Assembly: GCA_000934665.2 (NCBI GenBank)
Contig: KZ538541.1
Span: 46,657-66,656 of the forward strand
Length of the DNA: 20,000 bases
Direction of reading: 5' to 3'
From: Catajapyx aquilonaris
Lineage: Eukaryota
Every line of letters starts with the position of its first letter. The stretch's first letter is position 1. Below are positions 11,517 through 20,000 of the stretch, in pieces. The notes under the pieces were generated by a model. The model worked only from the letters and a program-made list of their open reading frames with translations. It had not been told where the DNA came from and did no database searches. Position numbers and translations under genes: made by a program.

Positions 11517-11835
11517 GGGAGACGGAGTGGCGCTGCGGTAACGTATGCGCCCACGGATGTTAACGTCCCGGGTTCGATCCCAGCCCGAGGACACCCCCTT
11601 CATCTCGCGCAGAGTTCGGGGTCATCTCTGGCTTAGTTTCGGGTGGTATTTCCAACAGACTAAGCCACCCGGGGAGTTCACAAAATGACCACAGCTACGA
11701 CATTGCACTGCACCTTGCATATCCCCTCCTGTCATCCTGCCCGTGGGCCCGGGCGCTTCGCAAAAAGGTTCCAAAATTGTACGACGACACAATAAAGGTC
11801 CGTGCAATACCGTAAGGTCAAGCACTACCCCCAGG

Positions 11836-11896
<61 letters not shown>
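11517..11896 (+). mobile_element. Full-length tRNA-derived SINE with (ATT)n tail and 15-bp TSD
   Basis: A box tggcgctgcgg (11528-11538), B box ggttcgatccc (11571-11581), GC-rich body and (ATT)n tail. The direct repeat ttatagatattatcg lies at 11502-11516 and 11897-11911. Confidence 0.92.

Positions 11897-11900
<4 letters not shown>
11836..11900. repeat. (ATT)n microsatellite (SINE tail)
   Basis: About 21 ATT units with one extra T near 11850. Confidence 0.97.
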
Positions 11901-11901
<1 letters not shown>

Positions 11902-12281
11902 GATATTATCGCTATTTGAAATTTTAAGAAGATGGAGCAGGGCGATAGGTTCTCATAATAGTAATGCAGAGTGTACTTTGCCATATAAAGCATAATCACA
12001 CAATAATAGAGAGCTTCTAAATATGCGTTCTCTGGGGGTCGACTGGTGGGGTTATGAAATGAATATCATCCGAGTAAATATTGCTTCAGCACAGTATACG
12101 CAACAATGCATGCAGTATTATTCATCTCACGCACAGTGAAATGGTTATTCAAATGCCAACCACAAACACTGACAATGGGTCGGCGATCCCGAGGTTGCAT
12201 CATGTGTATACAGTATAGGGCAAGTCGCAGAGAGAACGCATAATTTTGGAATGCTTAGCTTCCACAGGTAGACTTGTTATA

Positions 12282-12812
12282 GGCTCAAACCTCTAAAACG
12301 GCCATTGGGCGAAAAAACTGGCCATTCTGCAGAATTCTCCATGTCAAACCATCCATTCTGCAGAATGGATGGAGCATTCTGCAGAACTCAAAAACTGCAA
12401 AAACTCAAGAACACAAATGGGCCTATAGGGGACATTGGAATCCCGCCTCTTATGATGAAGAAGGTATTGTAATAGTTCCTGGAAATTAACAGCATCATCA
12501 AATGTTAAGTATTTCAACCATTTGCCAAACAGCAACAGGCATAAGGGCGATTTATTTCCAGCATCTACATGGCACAGTGGGAAACAGGAAACTGCCACAA
12601 CGAGTTATGGGCGTCTTCTAAACCAGCCATCCCGACACGAAATTGCCGTCCTGACGTTTAAGTTTAGCCCAGGAAAGCGTTCTGGCCTTTTTAGAAAGAG
12701 CATTTCGGGGTCTGGCTGTTTCATTAAAACATCCATTCTGCTGGTTTGAAAAGGAGCATTCTGCAGAATGGACGTTTTTTTTCGCCCAATGGCCGTTTTC
12801 GGGGTTTGAGCC
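12282..12812. mobile_element. MITE with ~55-bp TIRs (GGCTCAAAC...GTTTGAGCC), TA-flanked
   Basis: ta|ggctcaaacctctaaaacggccattgggcgaaaaaactggccattctgcagaat vs attctgcagaatggacgtttttttcgcccaatggccgttttcggggtttgagcc|ta. The subterminal motif cattctgcagaa is repeated. Superfamily uncertain. Confidence 0.9.
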
Positions 12813-12945
12813 TAATACATCAGAAAGAGCCTATTTTCATGGTTACGTGGCGGGCTGGTCATGCGGCACTTTTACATAGCCATATGAAACTTTAAATGGT
12901 TCGTCGGAATCATTGCAGAACATGCGCCCTGTATAATACTGTATA

Positions 12946-13245
12946 CAGTGCGGAAAACGAAAGGACGATCTGACGTCATCGTTTTGTTTACCGACTCTTG
13001 TCAACGGAAATCTGCCGAACGCACCTCTGGAACCTTCCACTTTTCCTGTTTCCCTGGAGATGTCCTCGTACAACAATAAGAGTAAACATTGCTCTTTTTT
13101 GCTGACAGTTTTACAGAGTCAACAAAAGAGAACAATGTGCCAACAATTGGTCCAGAGGTGCGTTGGACAGATTTCCTTTGATTAGGAGTCGTCGAGTCGA
13201 TAAACAAAACGATGACGCCAGATCGTCCATTCGTTTTCCGCATTG
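12946..13245. mobile_element. Tc1/mariner-type MITE, 300 bp, ~90-bp TIRs, TA TSD
   Basis: ta|cagtgcggaaaacgaaaggacgatctgacgtcatcgttttgttta...ggaaatctgccgaacgcacctctgga vs tccagaggtgcgttggacagatttcc...taaacaaaacgatgacgccagatcgtccattcgttttccgcattg|ta. A CAGTG terminus with TA TSD is the Tc1/mariner signature. Confidence 0.92.
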
Positions 13246-14654
13246 TAGGCTATAGCTGAAACTATTAGTAGAATTATTATGAAAAGTCGGGGTTTTAAAA
13301 ATATAACTAAACAAAATTGCACTCCAACAAGTTAGTGTACCTTTTATTGCATTAATCATTCTTTCCTGCAAATTGATGTATTTATATTTAATCGCAGTTT
13401 GCTTCACCATAAATAATGTTACTTGCGTAATATATAATTATTATATGGCAAATAACCTTTGCAATGAAAACGTTACAGCTTACTAAAATAGTATTGCAAG
13501 TTCTTACCTTACATGAATATATGCATTGAGCTATCTCGAGCCCTTCTTATAACCATAATCATTACAGACCTATAAACTCACCAGTGCGTGTTATCTCAAT
13601 CTGAATATCTACTGGGTAATTTATCAGTCAATCAATGCAACATTTATTATCCCTCCGGAGATTATTTCTGGGTTCATAACATCCACTAAATTATAAGAAA
13701 GACCCGTTTCATTTCTTTTCATTTGACGGAGTTCTGGCACTGTAATTTAAGAAAGTCTTCACCCATGTGACAGACGGCAAATATGAAGAGGAAGAAAAAA
13801 CTATAATAGTGAAGTGTTATGTGTTTCGTTTTCTAATTGTACCTTTCTTCTTTATCAACAGATGGTTTGCACTCAACCCCCCATACAATCTGCCCCATCT
13901 TCCCCAGCAGGCCCTCATACAGCCTATACATGTTTTCCCGACTTATAATCGCACCGCTTCAAGCTCGGGGAGATAATTTACAAGCCTAAACTCACAGTCA
14001 GTCCCGAAAAGTTATCTCAGTTTTTCCAAGACCATTCACGTCAACATTTTTGTTCAGGAAACGGCTTTCCAAACCACCTCCTGACTCCCTCCTCCACTAT
14101 ACCCTTGCCACATAATGAGTTGGGGTCAGAATATAGCTGGCATGACCAGGAGGATCTTGTCTGTTGCCGGTGGTCTTTTTTTTCTACACATATTCTTTCC
14201 TCTTCTTTTTCTTGGTTTGGTGGCAGGGTTGGTGTGCCTGTTCCCTCCTGGCATCTGTGGCCAGCAATTGGCTGTGGACGGGAGCCATTAGGAGGCCCCT
14301 GCAGCGGCCATTGGTCCCCACGACAGATGGCCGGAAGTGCAGCTCCGGATGGCGCCATTTCCAGCACAACGCTACCAACGACGCACATTAAACGCATCCC
14401 CCTTCCTCACACCTTCTGCCGGTTCCCCAAATGCTAGCCATCCGGGATGGCTGGCCATCCACTCACATGCAACCTGCTGTCTCTGCGGGAAGGAAAATCG
14501 CTGTCGAAGCCCACATTAGTCGCACCATCACATCCACGTCTCCCGCCATTTCACCAGTCATCATCTGCTCCGCTACCACCCCACTCACAGGCTCAAGATA
14601 GAATCCTGGATCTGGCTCACAAAAACTTTCATATTTCCAAACTCACATTATCAC

Positions 14655-15010
14655 TAGTACTTCCAGAATATACTGGCTATTCCAAATCTTCAGTTAAGTT
14701 GCCACTTGACAATCAAACTTGTCAGAGGCGCTGCAATAGACTGGATGGCTATAATTACCATAGATTTTGGTTTGTAATGTAGAAAATTGATCCAGATGAT
14801 GCTTCAAGGCTACAGGTTGCATATCCAAGTAGATCCTGGAAATACTTTCCAGCATGATGCTGTATTATCAAAATCAATGAGAATGGTTATGGCCAGCTCT
14901 GACAGGTGGAGGGTCCTTTTTAACAGTCGCGAAAGAAAGGTCCTAGCTGTGGGACCTGCTGGACACAACCTTATACACAGGTTAGGGTCCTCAGCCCTCA
15001 GGGAATGTTC
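14655..15010 (+). pseudogene. Degraded CR1-like LINE reverse-transcriptase fragment
   Basis: The translation SDRWRVLFNSRERKVLAVG....HRLGSSALRECS resembles the CR1 RT C-terminal motif (W...WQM.FN..KCKV.H.G....Y.LG...L). The upstream LPEY..SKSSVKLPLDN/KL sits where 'LP...SSVKLFADDTKL' would be. The catalytic YADD/FADD motif is not intact. Confidence 0.5.
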
Positions 15011-15991
15011 CCATCATATTAAAGTCGCGGACAATCGCTTATTTCCTGTGCACACAATCTAATTGCATTACATGTAAACAATATAATAGAGTCACAATGA
15101 CTTTGATGAGAGGTTAACCAGCCCCGAGTCATGACGTGAAATCTCTCCGGGGACCAACCATTTATTCGGTCGGTTGTTTTTCTGCTTTTATCCGGAAAGA
15201 CTTTCGTTCTCTTGCCTGGTCAAGGTCAACATAAAATATTTTCTACGAGGCTTTCCCCTCGGGTATGAAATTTTTCAAAAAAATTAACTTATCAGCCAGA
15301 GTCAACTATTATAGAACCTTTTACCTGAGGCAGGTGGCAACAGGAAAATAATGCCGCAGCATTATATGCATATAGCCCTCTGCCTAAACTAACTCACCAG
15401 CACTTCTGCTACATAGTTATATAATCCTGATTCCATAAGCTGCTAAGAGAAGAATTATACTCTTTTGGGCATGGTTTAAAATATAGTATACCCTATAGTA
15501 ATGCAGTAATGTACTACAGTACGATTGTACAGTATATGATGCTTACGAGAGGGAGTGAAGCATGGCCGATCTAGGGGTTGCGTGAGTACTTTATCAAAAT
15601 GTCTGCATATATTTATACGATAATTATAGCATTTCCCCCCAGTTCCGTGGCAAATTTTATCATGCTTGCCCGGATGTTTATCAGTATTTTGCAATTCCAT
15701 TAAATAACTGTCTTTTAAAGCGTTTGTAACCCACAGCACGTGGTAGAAAACTGTGGTATTCAATGTGGTATTATATGGCGGGGTCATCATAATGTGGGAT
15801 AATTCTTTAATGCCTAATAGTAGGTTTTTAACGCTCGCAGAACTATAGCGAGAAGGCTCAAAGAGCCATAACTACCATTTTTATTATAATAATAACAACT
15901 TCAAATTGCAACATTTTTTCAACTTAGCACTGTGTACTTTTCGTGTAATATTGTCAGCCCATCAGCATGTGATCAGGATCGCATCATAACC

Positions 15992-16009
15992 AATAATAAT
16001 CATAATCAT

Positions 16010-16043
<34 letters not shown>

Positions 16044-16050
16044 GCAATAA
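15992..16050. repeat. (AAC)n microsatellite with AAT/CAT flanks
   Basis: (AAC)11 at 16010-16042, preceded by aataataatcataatcat. Confidence 0.95.
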
Positions 16051-19000
16051 TCCAACTCACAAACTTCACTGATTAGAAATCACAGAATCTACAACCCGTA
16101 ATGTGACTCGTAAACGTATTGCAAAAATGTGGTTCGATCATGTTAAGACAAGGTTTGAGATAAGAAAGATACTGTAGAAATTCCTTGTAGGAGGCTGTCT
16201 CTGGATTAATATTTCCTGTACATAAGCGTCGCCATTTCTTGAACTTTACAAAGCAGTTCAGGAAATATAATTACTGCATCTGCTCTGATAACATGTGTAG
16301 GACCATTAACCGTTCAACTATCGTATCAGCATGCCCCATTTATCAACGTAAGTGATAAAAGTAATTTCTTTGCAACCATTTTTTCCCCTCATAACAAATG
16401 GAATTCTTTGTGCATACCGTGACGATACGTGATAGCGACAAAAAAAAAACTAGAGGGCGAGAAAGAAAGAGAGACAAAAAAGTATGACTTCGGATATAAA
16501 TGGAGGCCTGACATGTCTCCTTATCAGTAAATCAGCTAACAAAATTTTTGTCACCGAAACGTGAGCGCTATGGACTTATCGGCAGACTTGTCAACTGGAA
16601 ATATGGCTTGAAATGTCAGCGTCAAAGACCTAATGACCGACCCCCCGAGCAGAAAAGCAGGAGGAAAATGGTTGCCTCACGATTACAAGTCAGGAAAGCC
16701 AACATGAATGCTCCTCAATTTAATTCGCCTCCGCTGTTGCCTGTTGACTGGTCTGGTGCTCATTGCGGTAAGGTTGGCAGCACACGGACCAAAACAAAGG
16801 AAGCCGCGAGAAAGAGACGCTGGAAGGCCAGCCAGGGAATAAAGGAAACATCCCCCCCCCCCCTTCCCCTCCACAGCTCCCAGGTGATTATTGTTGCTCA
16901 TTATTGAGGGGGCGTGACTGACGACAGCCAGACAGACGCCAACTTCCGCGCTGCTTGCTTTCATCTATATATGTTGCCCACCACTTTTTTGCCTATTATT
17001 CTCATCTTCGCTCCCTTATAACCCAGACTATACATAGTATTGGATGCTAACCCACAGGTGTTATTTGGAAAGTATTTCATAAGTCACTAGGCTACACCAA
17101 TGTGCACATTCATTTCTCTGACTGCCCTATAATTGGAGAACTCATCAAGTACATTATAAGGTTTGGTGAAGAATATGCCACTTGAAAAATTGGGTATCAC
17201 CTAACAATTCCATAAAAATTATTTCAGGCTCCCGGATAAATCTGTTGCCATTTGAGACTTGAAGTAATTGCTTTGCAACACTTTGACCTCTGTATCTCAG
17301 TGTCAGCTGTGTATCCTTGGTTTGCAATTCATGCTTTTATTTTTCTTAGTATACACACTATACAAGCACCATTTGCACCCCAAAAAATTAGTGGATCTAG
17401 AAAAATAGGTGCCCTTCAGATCCCCTAATAGCCTACTTGCTAACATTCTGTATTGCACTGTAAGATTCCAAATGTATAAGACCAATGGTATTTGTCTCGG
17501 ATTAGTAGGCTAATCAGTATTGAAGTGTCCAATATTGCAAATAAATTTCCATGAAGAGGAACATAGAAAATTCGCGTTTTTCATTCAGTAGTGAAGTTTG
17601 CAGCATTAATTAATCATCAAACCGTTGCATCACCCATTTATTTTTAAATTATAATTTTAAAATCGGAGATGAAGCATTCTGCTTCTGCAATATGTGAGTG
17701 TAAAACTCATTTCTTTTGCACCCTATAATTATCACCTCGAATGAAAGTTTTTGTACTCACTTTGTACTGGCTCTTTTGTCTATAACTCTTTGCACTAAAA
17801 TGACATTTGTAATGGTCCCATAACTGTTAGAATTAGTTCCTATATACAGTGTCAGTTTTCATCGCGTATAGAGGGGCATGGTCTTAACCAGCAGTTTATA
17901 AACCTCAAGAATAGAAAAGCTTGTGATATTAAACCAAAGGACCCTGCAACATAATAAATAATAATTGGTGGCAAAGTAAATGTTATACTAATGAATCGAA
18001 TAGGCCTACCACCTGATTATCATTTCATAGTTGTCCACCGAGTCTTGATAGATTTATGGCATTCTGCAATATATTGCATGCGCAATAGAGGTAAGACTAT
18101 TTGCAATGGACATGCATTTTGTATGTGTGTGAAGCCCAAAATATACAAAATAACGAATTATTATTTTTGGAACTGATGGCATTCTGTGTATAGTAATGGA
18201 CAGTCACGATAATTATGTAAAAGAAACTGTAGTCGGCACCTCAATATTGGTCAAAAGTTGACTTTTTACTAAGGTACAATCGACCTCTTCAATATATTGT
18301 ATTGAATTAATTATATAAAAATGTATAATATTCATTTAATAAATCCAACTCCTCTCTTCGAAAAGAACTACATTACCCTGAGTTTATTTAGCTGCGTGGG
18401 TTGAATGTATGTGAAGCAATTGTACAGTTTGTAATTTAGAGAATTTCTACTTGATGTTAATAATAAATAATAAATAATAAATTTACTTCAAGGCACAAAA
18501 TCTGGACAGTAAACCACAAGCCCTGCTATATCGGCGTGTATATGAGGATAGATCTGTTCGGTACGGTGAAGAGATACTTGGAACGGCGTTGATTTCCATC
18601 ATAATGGGGAACATAAACCATGATATAAACTTTATCTCTCTACCGTCGTACACTTTTGGGTCCTAGCCTCTAATTATTGGGATATAAATTTCAGTACCAT
18701 GATTCATGCAGAAAAAAGTGTGCCATTTTTATAACACAGCAGGGTAGCTTATCATAACTTACATGCGAATTCGCACGTCCACCAGGCCATGATAAGTTCT
18801 GATAAAAGGCAATAAACCTTCCTGTAATACGTAACCTTCTTTTTTATGAATCCAGGTGTGTCACTATACCACGAACAAAAAGTTAAATAAATTAAGAGAT
18901 TCCAATCTGATGCCAAATAATTTGTCCTCGTTCGTTGGCCATCTATGACGATCGGGTTAGTGTGGGAATCACTAGATATTACGATGTATACAGTGTTTTA

Positions 19001-19257
19001 AGTCATATACATTGGGTCAATTTTTAGATTAGGATATGGATCATATAGGTTACGGATTTTTTAACTTGATTGTAGGTGGCATGTAAAACTATCATTAAAG
19101 TATTAAAGTATAGGGAGAGTTATATATTTTAAAATATCTTGATTTTCGTAAAGTGACTGACTATCCTTTTCATATAGGAAATATGGCATATCAAGTAGGC
19201 TAAGCATGATGCGTATATGGTTAAATTTTCGTGGTCCAACAGAGTGAGTCCTCTGTA

Positions 19258-19407
19258 TACCGGGTCCTATACAAAGGTGCGAAATGATTTTCTGATCTCT
19301 GCAATCGCCAAATAACATTGCAGGGTAATTTAATCTCAGAAATAATCCACGAGATTCCCGAATCCGAGAAAATGGGGAATATTTGAAACACCCTGTTAAA
19401 CCCTGTA
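19258..19407. mobile_element. Possible degenerate mariner-like MITE remnant
   Basis: The right end tttgaaacaccctgtt/aaaccctg|ta resembles the common TA|CAGGGTGTTTCAAA terminus. The left end ta|ccgggt matches only weakly. Confidence 0.3.
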
Positions 19408-19860
19408 TATAAAGGTTTTACTGTTTTCGCAGGACAATGCTTGCATTATGAAGTAGCCTACACCAGTATATTCTACACAACGCTTAAATACGTATATTAT
19501 ACATAGGTTTATTCACTAATCTATTGACAAGTTCTAATTTCCCTGACAATTTACTCCATATGTAACTTAACAATATACTATTGTTTGCTATTTCTAATGC
19601 ATTTGTGATTCATCTTGAGGTCGTGGCCTTATATTTCCATTCCGATTCCGCATGGTGGCCTTTTTCCCATTTTACTTGATTATCACTGGCCAACTGGAAC
19701 CAACCACCGATTTTCACCTGGGTCACGTAGGTCAGGTGGCTGGTGATGATTATCACCGCTATCAGCATGATTGTGCAGTACAGTAGGCAAGTGAAGTGCA
19801 GGCATAACAAATCACTTCGCCACAAGGTCTTATTTCTAGCATTAAAACGTCTAAATTGTA

Positions 19861-19905
<45 letters not shown>
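19861..19905. repeat. (GAT)15 microsatellite
   Basis: Perfect 45-nt GAT tract. Confidence 0.97.
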
Positions 19906-19906
<1 letters not shown>

Positions 19907-20000
19907 GTTAGGCATTATACAGACAGGTGGCAGCACCTCTCGGAGTAAAACAAAAGAAATAAAGTGAGTAGCAAAGATGGCGTAGTGTATCATTCAGCAG

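Noticed and set aside
11622..11999. 125-aa minus-strand ORF with a poly-Ile run
   Set aside because: Artefact of reading through the (ATT)n SINE tail and the antisense SINE body.
14041..14782. Cluster of overlapping 60-118 aa ORFs
   Set aside because: It reflects locally higher GC content. There are no recognisable domains apart from the degraded RT-like words near 14655-14730.
19610..19993. 127-aa minus-strand ORF with a poly-His run
   Set aside because: The poly-His is the (GAT)15 microsatellite, and the rest has no recognisable protein features.
1..20000. CRISPR array or prokaryotic/viral operon-like system
   Set aside because: There are no regularly spaced direct repeats with unique spacers and no gene-dense ORF organisation. 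The repeats here are inverted, or are simple tandem repeats.

Overview
AT-rich, non-coding eukaryotic DNA, most likely an intergenic or intronic region of an animal genome (inference from microsatellites, tRNA-derived SINEs and the lack of dense ORFs). No intact protein-coding gene is supported: the ORFs in the track are short, unrecognisable or derived from repeats. The window holds several non-autonomous DNA transposons or fold-back elements (12-181, 202-256, 2233-2507, ~7931-8891, 12282-12812, 12946-13245) and a lone hAT-like end (7848). It also holds two tRNA-derived SINEs (8991-~9260 with a V-SINE-like core; 11517-11896 with a perfect 15-bp target-site duplication), two probable degraded CR1/L2-type LINE ORF2 fragments, microsatellites, and a 193-N assembly gap between poly-G runs. 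I found no convincing new protein-based system. Three signals stand out. First, TA-NNN-TA heptamers appear enriched, and their middle triplets match the ends of local MITEs, so they may be excision footprints. Second, a 55-bp hairpin insertion carries a 9-bp TSD. Third, a ~960-bp fold-back element ends in a perfect 34-bp palindrome formed by back-to-back TIRs. All alignments and counts were done by eye.
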